Below, piece after piece: positions 11,501 to 21,900 of a DNA stretch of 64,000 nt. Both the position numbers and the translations under genes were made by a program. Numbering within the stretch: position 1 is the first letter of the stretch; the number at the start of each line of letters is the position of its first letter. Origin of the DNA: Zancudomyces culisetae HAW-14-8 (Eukaryota; Fungi; Kickxellomycota); contig JBNJNM010000023.1 of the NCBI GenBank assembly GCA_052426225.1, forward strand, positions 806,001 through 870,000. The letters run 5' to 3'. Under the pieces are notes generated by a model. That model was not told the origin of the DNA and searched no databases. It saw only the letters and a program-made list of their open reading frames with translations.

Positions 11501-14500
11501 ATGTTGTTGGTGTTGGTTTTAACGTTGGTGTGGTCAATGATTTTGCTGATGAAAGTGGTGTGCTAGCTGCTGGTGTACTAGGCGTAACAACTGCTCCTAC
11601 CATGCGTGCCACAGCTGCTTGGACGCTTTGGATTTGTGCTCTACTGCTTGAAGTACTGGTGGGTGTAGGTGATTTCGATTTTGAACTCAACTTTCTTTGT
11701 TTAGTTTGTTTTCGCCTTTGTTTTTTGTCATCCCACTTTTGTTTTGAATGAGTACGGGAGGATGGTACAGCAACTGATGATGATTTTGGCGTTGATCTTA
11801 GCGTTGGTGTAGTTAATGATTTTGCTGATGAAAGTGGTGTGCTAGCTGCTGGTGTACTAGGTGTAACAGCTGCTCCTACCATGCGTGCCACAGCTGCTTG
11901 AACACTTTGGATTTGTGCGCTACTGCTTGAAGTACTGGTGGGTGTAGGTGGTCTTGATGTTGCTTTCGATCTTGCCTTTTGCCTTTCTATTTTTTTTCGC
12001 CACTCATCACCCCACTTTTGTTTTGAATGAGTACGGGAGGATGGTACAGCAACTGATGATGATTTTGGCGTTGATCTTAGCGTTGGTGTAGTTAATGATT
12101 TTGCTGATGAAAGTGGTGTGCTAGCTGCTGGTGTACTAGGTGTAACAACTGCTCCTATCATGCGTGCCACAGCTGCTTGGACGCTTTGGATTTGTGCGCT
12201 ACTGCTTGAAGTACTGGTGGGTGTAGATAGTTTCGATTTTGAACTCAACTTTCTTTGTTTAGTTTGTTTTCGCCTTTGTTTTTTGTCATCCCACTTTTGT
12301 TTTGAATGAGTACGGGAGGATGGTACAGCAACTGGTGATGTTGTTGGTGTTGATCTTAGCGTTGGTGTGGTCAATGATTTTGCTGATAAAAGTGGTGTGC
12401 TAGCTGCTGGTGTACTAGGTGTAACAACTGCTCCTATCATGCGTGCCACAGCTGCTTGGACGCTTTGGATTTGTGCGCTACTGCTTGAAGTACTGGTGGG
12501 TGTAGATAGTTTCGATCTTGAACTCAACTTTCTTTGTTTAGTTTGTTTTCGCCTTTGTTTTTTGTCATCCCACTTTTGTTTTGAATGAGTACGGGAGGAT
12601 GGTACAGCAACTGGTGATGTTGTTGGTGTTGATCTTAGCGTTGGTGTGGTCAATGATTTTGCTGATGAAAGTGGTGTGCTAGCTGCTGGTGTACTAGGTG
12701 TAACAACTGCTCCTACCATGCGTGCCACAGCTGCTCGGATAGTTGGTGATGCTACATACTTTTCAGAAGTGGTGATCAAAGCAGGCATTGAAGAAGTAGG
12801 CATTAGTATTCGAGCTTTTGGTACACTGGTTGCAGTCCTAATATATCTTCTTTTCCTTTTTCTTCTTGGTGTCCATCTATCATAAATATCTTCATCTTCA
12901 TCTTCATCTTTGTTCTCGTTTCTTAATTTCTTTCTCCACTTTTGTTTTGAATAACTACGGGAGGATGGTACAGCAACTGGTGATGTTGTTGGTGTTGGTT
13001 TTAACGTTGGTGTGGTCAATGATTTTGCTGATGAAAGTGGTGTGCTAGCTGCTGGTGTACTAGGCGTAACAGCTGCTCCTACCATGCGTGCCACAGCTGC
13101 TTGGACGCTTTGGATTTGTGCGCTACTGCTTGAAGTACTGGTGGGTGTAGGTGATTTCGATTTTGAACTCAACTTTCTTTGTTTAGTTTGTTTTCGCCTT
13201 TGTTTTTTGTCATCCCACTTTTGTTTTGAATGAGTACGGGAGGATGGCGCAGCAACTGATGATGATTTTGGCGTTGATCTTAGCATTGGTGTGGTCAATG
13301 ATTTTGCTGATGAAAGTGGTGTGCTAGCTGCTGGTGTACTAGGCGTAACAACTGCTCCTACCATGCGTGCCACAGCTGCTCGGATAGTCGGTGATGCTAC
13401 ATACTTTTCAGAAGTGGTGGTCAAAGCAGGCATTGAAGAAGTAGGCATTAGTATTCGAGTTTTTGGTACACTGGTTGCAGTCCTAATATATCTTCTTTTC
13501 CTTTTTCTTCTTGGTGTCCATCTATCATAAATATCTTCATCTTCATCTTCATCTTTGTTCTCGTTTCTTAATTTCTTTCTCCACTTTTGTTTTGAATGAG
13601 TACGGGAGGATGGTGCAGCAACTGATGATGATTTTGGCGTTGATCTTAGCGTTGGTGTGGTCAATGATTTTGCTGATGAAAGTGGTGTGCTAGCTGCTGG
13701 TGTACTAGGCGTAACAACTGCTCCTACCATGCGTGCCACAGCTGCTCGGATAGTCGGTGATGCTACATACTTTTCAGAAGTGGTGGTCAAAGCAGGCATT
13801 GAAGAAGTAGGCATTAGTATTCGAGTTTTTGGTACACTGGTTGCAGTCCTAATATACTTTTTCTTTAATTTTTCATTGCTTTTCCATTTGGAACTTTTTA
13901 TTTTGGACAAATAACTTTGCGTTTTACTAGGTATATTTTTTGTTTTTTTATTTGAGATTGATAAAATTTTTGCATTAGTTGCGACATTAAGTTCAGTGGA
14001 TGACATTGTGCTACTTTTTAAACTTTTTGGCGCTGCAAGGTTTATTGGTGCAATCTTGTCCACTGCTGTGGTTTTTGCTACAGTAAACGCAAATGTCTTT
14101 GTCATTGAACTACTAGTTGCAGTATTTGCTTTTGGTGTTGATATCGGCTTTATAACGCGTATTACTTGTGTTTTTGTTTTACCGCCTACAACATTTATTT
14201 TGATCTTTGCCTTAAATGCATTATTACTTTTGGCCTCTTTAAACGCAGCAATCAAGCCACTAAATGCTGGATCGCTAAATAAGGCCTTTACTTTAGTTTT
14301 TCTGGATGTAGTACATTTGCTGCAACCCTTGCAAGATGTTAAACATCGTTTTGGCTTTAACTCTTTCCAGATTTTACGTTTAGAAAGATCTCGTGTTTGT
14401 GAATAGCAACTTTTAATGCACTTGTTAATGACACCATTATCTTCTTCGCTTTCAATACATTTCATTTTACATTCTATTAGAATCTTTTTTTTAGCCTGCT

Positions 14501-14945
14501 TTATACTACAGCGCTTGAACCTTCTCCTACAATTGGGTAAACGTCTTTCACTTCCTTCTGTGTATTCGTTAAAGCTGTAGGCAAGAGGACTGTAAATTTT
14601 ACTTTCACCTTTATAGTTATCATCTAACTCTAATCTAGACTGACTCAAGTCACTTATACTTTTACGTGCTCCATCTGTATCACTATTTTTATTATTATAC
14701 TTGTAGTATTTTGTTATTGATGCTTCAGGTCTGCTTCCAATTCCATTTGCAAGATTCTTATTGATACCAATATTGCATTTTGTATCTTTGTTCAAGGTAT
14801 TGTGAGATTGTCCGAAACTAGTATCTGTATAACCGATGTGCTCAGAGAGCTGCACTCCCTGTTGGTTTCGCTCGAAAATGTCTATATGTGTCCCACTAAC
14901 CGAATAAGCTACGGATATATACCATCCAAGCTTTAAGTATTTCAT
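8541..14945 (-). CDS. Secreted 2134-aa repetitive, highly basic Ser/Thr/Pro/Ala-rich protein with N-terminal 10-Cys domain
   Basis: Uninterrupted 6.4-kb ORF; signal-peptide-like N-terminus (MKYLKLGWYISVAYSVSG); Cys domain homologous to 34848..35894; in-frame tandem repeats. Confidence 0.9.
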   Translation of the reverse strand: MKYLKLGWYISVAYSVSGTHIDIFERNQQGVQLSEHIGYTDTSFGQSHNTLNKDTKCNIGINKNLANGIGSRPEASITKYYKYNNKNSDTDGARKSISDLSQSRLELDDNYKGESKIYSPLAYSFNEYTEGSERRLPNCRRRFKRCSIKQAKKKILIECKMKCIESEEDNGVINKCIKSCYSQTRDLSKRKIWKELKPKRCLTSCKGCSKCTTSRKTKVKALFSDPAFSGLIAAFKEAKSNNAFKAKIKINVVGGKTKTQVIRVIKPISTPKANTATSSSMTKTFAFTVAKTTAVDKIAPINLAAPKSLKSSTMSSTELNVATNAKILSISNKKTKNIPSKTQSYLSKIKSSKWKSNEKLKKKYIRTATSVPKTRILMPTSSMPALTTTSEKYVASPTIRAAVARMVGAVVTPSTPAASTPLSSAKSLTTPTLRSTPKSSSVAAPSSRTHSKQKWRKKLRNENKDEDEDEDIYDRWTPRRKRKRRYIRTATSVPKTRILMPTSSMPALTTTSEKYVASPTIRAAVARMVGAVVTPSTPAASTPLSSAKSLTTPMLRSTPKSSSVAAPSSRTHSKQKWDDKKQRRKQTKQRKLSSKSKSPTPTSTSSSSAQIQSVQAAVARMVGAAVTPSTPAASTPLSSAKSLTTPTLKPTPTTSPVAVPSSRSYSKQKWRKKLRNENKDEDEDEDIYDRWTPRRKRKRRYIRTATSVPKARILMPTSSMPALITTSEKYVASPTIRAAVARMVGAVVTPSTPAASTPLSSAKSLTTPTLRSTPTTSPVAVPSSRTHSKQKWDDKKQRRKQTKQRKLSSRSKLSTPTSTSSSSAQIQSVQAAVARMIGAVVTPSTPAASTPLLSAKSLTTPTLRSTPTTSPVAVPSSRTHSKQKWDDKKQRRKQTKQRKLSSKSKLSTPTSTSSSSAQIQSVQAAVARMIGAVVTPSTPAASTPLSSAKSLTTPTLRSTPKSSSVAVPSSRTHSKQKWGDEWRKKIERQKARSKATSRPPTPTSTSSSSAQIQSVQAAVARMVGAAVTPSTPAASTPLSSAKSLTTPTLRSTPKSSSVAVPSSRTHSKQKWDDKKQRRKQTKQRKLSSKSKSPTPTSTSSSRAQIQSVQAAVARMVGAVVTPSTPAASTPLSSAKSLTTPTLKPTPTTSPVAVPSSRTHSKKKWRKKLKNENKDEDEDEDIYDRWTPRRKRKRRYIRTATSVPKARILMPTSSMPALTTTSEKYVASPTIRAAVARMVGAVVTPSTPAASTPLSSAKSLTTPTLRSTPTTSPVAVPSSRTHSKQKWDDKKQRRKQTKQRKLSSRSKLSTPTSTSSSSAQIQSVQAAVARMVGAVVTPSTPAASTPLSSAKSLTTPTLRSTPKSSSVAVPSSRTHSKQKWDDKKQRRKQTKQRKLSSKSKLSTPTSTSSSSAQIQSVQAAVARMVGAVVTPSTPAASTPLSSAKSLTTPTLRSTPKSSSVAVPSSRTHSKQKWGDEWRKKIERQKARSKATSRPPTPTSTSSSRAQIQSVQAAVARMIGAAIKSDLAKYKKSVSLTLSPTYLASITPTRTHSKQKWDDEWRKKIERRKARSTTKSKSPTPTSTSSSSAQIQSVQAAVARMVGAAVTPSTPAASTPLSSTKSLTTPTLKPTPTTSPVAVPSSRTHSKQKWGDKKQRRKQTKQRKLSSKSKSPTPTSTSSSSAQIQSVQAAVARMIGAAIKSDLAKYKKSVSLTLSPTYLASITPTRTHSKQKWGDEWRKKIERRKARSTTKSKSPTPTSTSSSSAQIQSIQAAVARMVGAAVTPSTPAASTPLSSAKSLTTPTLRSTPKSSSVAVPSSRTHSKQKWGDEWRKKIERRKARSTSKSRPPTFTDVSSSSTNIQSAQTTVGRIPRALVVTGIFTTSVPSSTPPSLPLSSLSSPSATSFYSRVYSREIWGDEWKKRVEKRKRNIMREHNEVQEKKKMEDPMRSKNAKLLEKQTNRKKWGTGWIKKTALGKTTEKLTTRVSETTTLTSVPISSISVQGLETSGARMSKNIPVPSIKTSITVSTLATSSAGTLYSPVRDVGAPMGLVSISKKMALNVSATPTQTTSNISTVSRKSSSVLAAKLHVGVILPPKPTADGSQSNIVSVPIPVKVFVKVICAPNTVTPVITSTETQ
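9400..13860 (-). repeat. Coding modular tandem repeat array (279-, 366- and 249-bp units)
   Basis: Core recurs at 10078, 10606, 11164, 11530, 12367, 12646, 13012, 13291, 13657 (spacings are sums of 279, 366, 249); all units are multiples of 3. Confidence 0.95.
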
Positions 14946-17271
14946 TTTGTTGGCAGCTTCAAGATGCCACTTTTACGTTGTTTTAATAAGTGGGTGATTG
15001 CACTATTTGGGGTTCACAAAATATTTAATACATTAACACTTTTCGGAATTTTCAATTAAACGAAACCGAATATTATTTTCAAATGACTTTATGTCCAATA
15101 TATATGCGGTTTCTAATAACTTTTAGTTGAATTATAGATTTACAATCCAGAATCTCTAAACAGTCTCTAATGTTTCCTAACACATGATTTGATTATGTTT
15201 ATTGCATATTTATGGAGATTGATCTGGAAGAAAAAGTTGTCTGTCGCGAATGAATTGGCAATTTATATTATTTTATTTGACAATAATGAGCCATTATTGG
15301 AGGATAATATAAAAATTTAAATCGAGACAGTAAATATATTGAAAAGTAAAAAAATGTTATATTATTAGTTGGCCAGAAGCTTGTTTCCTCTTCCTAGCCC
15401 TTCTAGAGAAAGGAAAGTATGGGTTTATATTTTTTTTTGGAGCCGTTCATTTAAAATAACCTCACACGACCACTAAGATGGTAGTCCATTTCTAAATATC
15501 ATATACTATCACAACACAACATTGTTGCAATGATAATATTGTACCTAGACTCTCGGGCCTTTGACTGCTTGGTATTATGTCTTCCTCTTAAGTTACATTA
15601 AAAAACCATGCTTTTCCGGCGCAGCTAGGTAGGTCTGAAATTAACATAAAAATTGATGTTGGCCTGGTACTGCAAAATATCAGGCACAGAATATTCCATT
15701 TCAACTGGTTTATTTGGGGAAGAAGTTGAGTATTATCAGTATTCTGGCATTATAGAATGTTTTTAATTTAAGCGCTTATGGACTGGTTAACATTAAAAAT
15801 AGTGCTGAGTATATTTTAATAAAAAGGATACTATCTAGATTTAAATATTTTCTAACAGACTATATCCAAGGTATTACTATCGATACTTCTTTCTGCTGCG
15901 AGTCGAAATAACAAAAAAAAGTATGAAGTGTACACAAGATAATTACATTGTTGGTGGGGTTAATTTACTATCTGTTTTCTCATTTTTTGGACAACTCTGC
16001 ATATTTTTAGTAAAATATTTAATAGCCATTAGTTTGATAAAATAATTTATACTAGTTTGATTACCCATCAATTTAATGTTTTAAGGAAATGATTTCTACA
16101 ACACCAAGTTAATAATATATTAGATTGGAAGTAATACAAAGTACGTTTATTACAGTAGAATTTCAGGCCATTCTATTATAACCCACCATGTGCGTGGTCC
16201 AATTGACCATACTTATCTGTAATTAGACAGCAATAAAAGTGTGATATTTTTGTATTGAAAATATGAGACAGATGGTGCTAAAACTATACCCAATTATCGA
16301 TGTTCAAATACTAATTTAATTTGTTGTGGGACTGATATATGTTTTTTAATTCACCATATCTAGCATTACCAGTATATTTTATATAAAGTTCAGCAATTGT
16401 AGGCTCAAGTTTGAATATACAAATTATAATTAACTTAAACAACTTGATACTATATTGCCACGAATCTGACAATAATAACTAGCTATCACCATTACTTTAA
16501 AACACAAAATAAGAGATTAGGAAGAAAAAATACTCAGCAATATCAATAAAAAAAGAATATACTAGAAATACAAACAAATATATAGCTTTTATAGATATAT
16601 TTTGGTTATAGAGAATTTCTACTAAAGAGCATCGGTTTAGTACTCAAGAGAAGGGGGAGGGCTCTTATAAAATACCAAGGATTAAAGCCTAAATTAATAA
16701 AAATATCACCTAGTTCAATTCATAAAGTCCCCAACAATTCTAGAAGTGCAAACTTTTAGCTCTTTCTTGCATTAACTAATAAAGTTAGAGATTTAATTTA
16801 ACGCAAGATGTATTGCATACTGTTAATGTATTATAAATAAGATAGGGTTTATTCTTAATAAAATTATTTAAGGTATTAATCTGGTGAAGCTGGTATAGTG
16901 CGAGCTTTTAGGTTTGATTCTGACAGCCATGCTAAGATTACCGACTACTTAACCGAACCTTATTTTTAATAAAAATGCCTGCCAAATGTTATATATAAAT
17001 ATATATATATAATCATTGAGAACTAGAAAATAATAACTACAAATAAATAATATTAAATCTCACCAAGTGAATTCATCTGGAAAGTATAAAGTTTTCCTTA
17101 TTACTACATTTATTGTACCTTACATTCCACAAATCGTTTTTAATTTTCCCAATATCTCGTCTTAGACCTCGATTTTATTGTGGATATTAGTAATCGTATG
17201 AACAGTATTCTTCCCTGAATGGAACTTGCTTATATAATAAAAAGGAAGTAATAAGCATGCTAGAATAATAC

Positions 17272-17597
17272 TGTAATGTTTTGTAGATGTTATACTTTAC
17301 CCAATATTCGTTATAGCTAATGTAACGGCTGAGCTTGGTATAGCACTAATTCTGACAGATATACGCTGGCTATGCATCACTCAACCTTTTCTGCTTACCC
17401 TTTACTCTTTACTCTTTATCATGCTATCACTGTTTTAATAATGTAAAATAAAAGTAAACATGATTATTACTGTTTGTTATAACTAAGCACAATGTACATA
17501 AAGAATATATATATGGGTATTTCATGTTAATAAAAGCCAATAATTCCTATTTAAGCTTTTCATTATTGTAGACAAAGGATGTAGCCGTTATACTACA
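17272..17597. mobile_element. Solo LTR, family A, copy 2 (326 bp)
   Basis: TGTAAT...ACTACA termini, 4-bp TSD ATAC (17268-17271 / 17598-17601), homology to 1519..2367. Confidence 0.75.
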
Positions 17598-17671
17598 ATA
17601 CTAAACTGAAGCTTAAATATCAATCAAATCTGAAAAAATAAAAGTAAAATGCTTATAAAATAAAAAATATA

Positions 17672-17752
17672 TGGGACGTAAGTGACTCGAACACTTAACC
17701 TTCCGCTGACCATAGTTGGAGACGGACGCGCTACCAATTGCGCCAACACCCC
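17672..17752 (-). tRNA. tRNA-Trp(CCA) with 8-nt intron
   Basis: GGGGTGTTGGCGCAATTGGTAGCGCG TCCGT CT-CCA-A [CTATGGTC] A GCGGA AGGTT AAGTG TTCGAGT CACTT ACGTCCC A; intron at 37/38. Confidence 0.9.
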
Positions 17753-17756
17753 AGAA

Positions 17757-17826
17757 TGCGTAGACCGGGAATCGAACCCGGGTCTGCCGCGTGGCAGTGG
17801 CAATTATACCACTAAACCATCTACGC
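17757..17826 (-). tRNA. tRNA-Gly(GCC), aberrant anticodon arm (possible pseudo-tRNA)
   Basis: Acceptor GCGTAGA/TCTACGC, D and T arms intact; anticodon stem GCCAC/GCGGC has an A-C mismatch and a 6-nt loop (TGCCAC); 70 nt. Confidence 0.8.
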
Positions 17827-17833
17827 ATGTTTT

Positions 17834-18159
17834 TGTCGTATAATTAGTAGCACCTTATTGTATGAGCACTTTTTCCCAATGGGTTATTCCTCATACAACG
17901 TTTATTAGTTTATTATTAGTCTATTTATAGTATTTAAACAATCAGAGGCATACACCTACTGATTATTTAGTTAAGAATTGCAACAATATCATAAGGACAT
18001 GGTTGCAATTGTCAATCATAGCAGCTAATAGCTACACCACGTTGTAAACAACCAACGTGGAAAGTTAATCTTAGTACATTTTTCTACATATGAGTATAAA
18101 AATCATGTCAGAGAATCTAAATAAAAAATCATCAAGTAGTTTAATAAAAATTCACTACA
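17834..18159 (+). repeat. 5' LTR
   Basis: TGTCGTATAA...TTCACTACA, direct repeat of 22730..23055. Confidence 0.97.
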
Positions 18160-18322
18160 GTTTTGGCGCTCCTTAATTACTAGCAACATACTATATTTTA
18201 ACTTTAATTACAAAAAATTATACCTTACGTTTAAACCAAAAATATATAATTTAAAAAAAAAAAATAAAATAAAATAAAAAAAAAAAAAAAAACCTATAAA
18301 AACAAAAACTCTATTAAGTAAA

Positions 18323-18925
18323 ATGATTGGATCAAGAAACTTTAACATTAGCTCTCGTGAACCCACACTATTTACTGGACAACCTGACCAAAACCCGTAC
18401 ATTTGGCTAAGAAGGTATGAGCTGTTTGCCAAGTTTGAAAATTTTTCGGATACTGAAAAGCTCGAATACGTCGAGCTGTACTTTGACGAAAGACCTCTAT
18501 TCTGGTACCAACGCATCATTAAAAGTGCAACCACTTGGGATAAATTCAAAGAAGAATTTATGAGCAAGTACAACCTACAAGATACTGAGATAAATTCATG
18601 GAGAACGTTACAGTTGCTGCGACAAGGACAGCAAGAAGACCTGGATGAGTTCATTTTTAAAATTGAAAAACTATTCAAGGCTTCAAATATTACCTCTGAG
18701 GACATAAAGTTTAAATGCCTTGTCAGCTCTATACTTCCCAAATATCAGGAAATTATACTCAAAAAAAAGGATATTACTTACACTGAAGCTGTTGAATGTT
18801 CACTGGAAAAAGAAAAAGAGGATAAAAATTGCACATCGGAGATTCGAAGCAAGTTTTTGGACCAAGTACAAGCACCTAACAAGTCAGGGTTAAATAACAG
18901 TGAAGTTAATGAAGTAGAGAATTAG
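18323..18925 (+). CDS. gag: Gag capsid part (reading frame broken at ~18915-18922)
   Basis: Retrotrans_gag-like motifs (FTGQPDQNPYIWL, TWDKFKEEF, LRQGQQEDLDEF). Confidence 0.85.
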   Translation: MIGSRNFNISSREPTLFTGQPDQNPYIWLRRYELFAKFENFSDTEKLEYVELYFDERPLFWYQRIIKSATTWDKFKEEFMSKYNLQDTEINSWRTLQLLRQGQQEDLDEFIFKIEKLFKASNITSEDIKFKCLVSSILPKYQEIILKKKDITYTEAVECSLEKEKEDKNCTSEIRSKFLDQVQAPNKSGLNNSEVNEVEN

Positions 18926-21900
18926 TTAAGGAATTAATAATTAATCACCCAAATCAAAACCAAACAAAAAATAAACAACACCCCACATTTAAAAATAACC
19001 AACCAGACGTGGAGATTAAATCTCAAATAAAATCCTGCATGTACTGTAAACGAGAAGGACACACTAGCTCAGAATGCCGTTCAGCCCCGTGGAACAGAAA
19101 AAACAGAACCGATGGAAGCAATAATCACAAAGGCGTACAGTGCATTGAAGTTTACCCTACTGAAGATAAAAACCTGGAGGAAGTTGAATTGGAAATACAT
19201 GAAACAAATCACCTTGAGATGATGAGAATTGAAGATACATGGAACGAGTTAAGCACATTGGAGAAAAGAAAACTTCTTGACCTTGATAGACCTGATAAGA
19301 TAAAAATCAGACGCAGCCACGAAGAGCCTACAAACCACACCTACTATAATAGGTACCAAGGAAAACAAAATTATTCAGTAATGAGAAACTTACATAACGT
19401 TAGAGCTGATATCACAATTGGGCAGCTAATTGAAGTATGTCCAGCAGTTAGAGAAGAGCTCAACCAGGCAAGCACAAGCAAAGTGAACATTAAAACAATG
19501 GACGCCCAATCTAGAAACTCAAACTGCAAGACAATAGTTACGGTTAACGGAGTTAAGTACCAAGCTGTTGTAGATACAGGCGCAGCCTGTAGCATAATAT
19601 CTAGAGGGTTAGCGCAGTTAATGAAGATGCAAAACACTTCCACTACTAGTGAAACCATCGTAACAGCAGATGGAGCTAACCATCAAATTAAATACAAAGT
19701 AGTTGGGGCACCTATAACAATTAATGGAAAAGAATATATAGCAAACTTACTTATACTGGAGATAGATACACACTCACTGGTGCTTGGCACGGATTGGTTA
19801 AAGCTTCATGGCGCAATCATCAATATGAACACCTCTACTTTATCACTTCCAAAAGATAATACGGTAGCACACATACCATTTTCTACAGTTAAAAAATCAA
19901 ATATATTTTATCAAAACGGTGAAGAGTTTATAGGAATTGCAAAAGAAGTAAATAAAATTGAATTTAATGAGACACAGGTTCCTGAAATAATTTCTGAGGT
20001 GATTAACCGTAATTCAAAAATATTAGCCAATTCAATTGAAGAATTAACACACACAAATGCCGTCGAACATTCAATTGATACTGGCAATGCAAATCCAATA
20101 AAATCACGACCCTATAGAATTCCCAACACAATGAAAGATTTAGTGAGAGAAGAAATTAAAAAAATGAAAGAAGCGGGAATCATTGAAGAATGCTGTTCTG
20201 ACTGGTGTTCTCCGGTCGTTACAGTATGGAAAAAAAATGGTAAAATACGTATTTGCTCTGATTATCGCAAGTTAAATGCGGTAACAAAAAAAGACACCTA
20301 CCCCCTGCCAAATATTGAAGATCTGTTTGATGCACTATCGGGAGCCAAAGTCTACAGTAGTTTAGACGCACTGTCGGGCTTTTGGCAAGTGCGTATTAAA
20401 CAAGAAGACAAATTAAAAACAGCATTTTCATTTCCTGGTGAAGGCTTGTATTGCTATAATGTTATGCCTTTTGGGCTAACAAATAGCCCAGCCACATTCC
20501 AGAGACTTATGGAAAAGGTTTTGGCACCATACCTCTGGCGTTTTGTCGTTGTTTTTATTGACGATATTGTAGTATATTCTAACTCCATTCAAGAACATGC
20601 TATACACCTACAACTATTGTTTGACTTACTTTCTGATGCTAACATTAAACTTAATAGCGACAAATGCAGTTTCTGTAAAGAAAAAATAAGCTATTTAGGA
20701 CACTATATTTCTGCTAACGGATTAGAAACAGACCCAAGTAAAGTTAATACAATAAGCCAAATCAAATACCCATCCAACATAAAAGAGTTACAAAGTTTTC
20801 TTGGCATGACCGGTTACTATAGAAAATTTATTAAAGATTATGCATCAACTGCCAAACCATTAACTGAACTATTAAGAAAAAACAAAATTTGGTCTTTCGA
20901 AAAAGATTGTATTGTGGCTGTAGACATACTAAAAGATAAACTTAAAAATGCACCAACACTTAGTAGACCTTTATGGGACACACCATTTACCCTAACAACA
21001 GACGCTTCGCATCAGGGTCTAGGTGCCATACTAAGTCAATTTGTTAACAATAAAGAACTGCCAATTGCGTTCGCTTCACGGTCCCTAACAAAAGCTGAAA
21101 AAAATTATTCGGCCACCCACCTGGAGGGTCTTGGTGTAATATGGGGAGTGAAATACTTTCGAAACTATCTATGGGGAAATAAGTTTACCATTGTCACAGA
21201 CCACACTGCATTGATTAAGTTATTTTCGTCCACAGAAGCCACTGGCAGACTGGCACGATGGTCACTTATACTTCAAGAATACGAGTTTAACATAGTACAT
21301 AGAAAAGGTACAAAAAACCCTGCAGACTGTTTATCTCGGAGCGTAGATCACACAGTTGACACGGAAACCATGGAAGATTGTACTTTCGACACTGCTGCGC
21401 TATTCACACTCGAACTTAAAGAATATAACGACATACTAAACTATATAGAGCATTCGGAATTACCTTCACGCTTACCTACTGAGTACAAAGAGTGGATAAA
21501 ATCACAATCATCAAAATATATATCAAATTCTAACATTATGTACTCACATAGTAAAAAATACGGAAATAGGGAGGTACTACATAGTAAAAATGCGCTTGAA
21601 AAAATTAGAGAAATACACGATCAGAACCATTTCGGAATATCAAACACATGGGATTTAGTTAAAAAACTATATTCTGGACCTAACCTATTTAATTTAGTAA
21701 AAAAAGTGGTAAATTTTTGTGAAATCTGTCAAAAATACAACGAAAGCAGAAGAGTAAAAAATCGAATGATACCGATAATTGCCTCAGCTCCATTTGAAAT
21801 TGTGGGTATAGACACAATTGGTCCAATTAGCCCAATATCTGATTCCGGTAATCAATATATTATAACTGCAATAGATTATTACACTAAGTGGCCAATTATA

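Noticed and set aside
9400-13860. Repeat/variable alternation resembling a CRISPR array
   Set aside because: Units are 249-366 bp, in-frame coding, cassettes recur, and the DNA is eukaryotic with no cas genes
8554-14406. Many plus-strand ORFs (MVNDFADESG...) that look like a gene array
   Set aside because: Antisense shadows of the repeats in the 2134-aa minus-strand gene
15000-17250. Long ORF-free stretch
   Set aside because: No repeats, RNA gene or coding remnant recognisable; probably the upstream region of the large secreted gene
17321-17592. Alternative element boundaries TGTAACGGCT...AGCCGTTATA
   Set aside because: No TSD, and homology between copies extends beyond them; the outer ends 17272/17597 give exact TSDs in both copies
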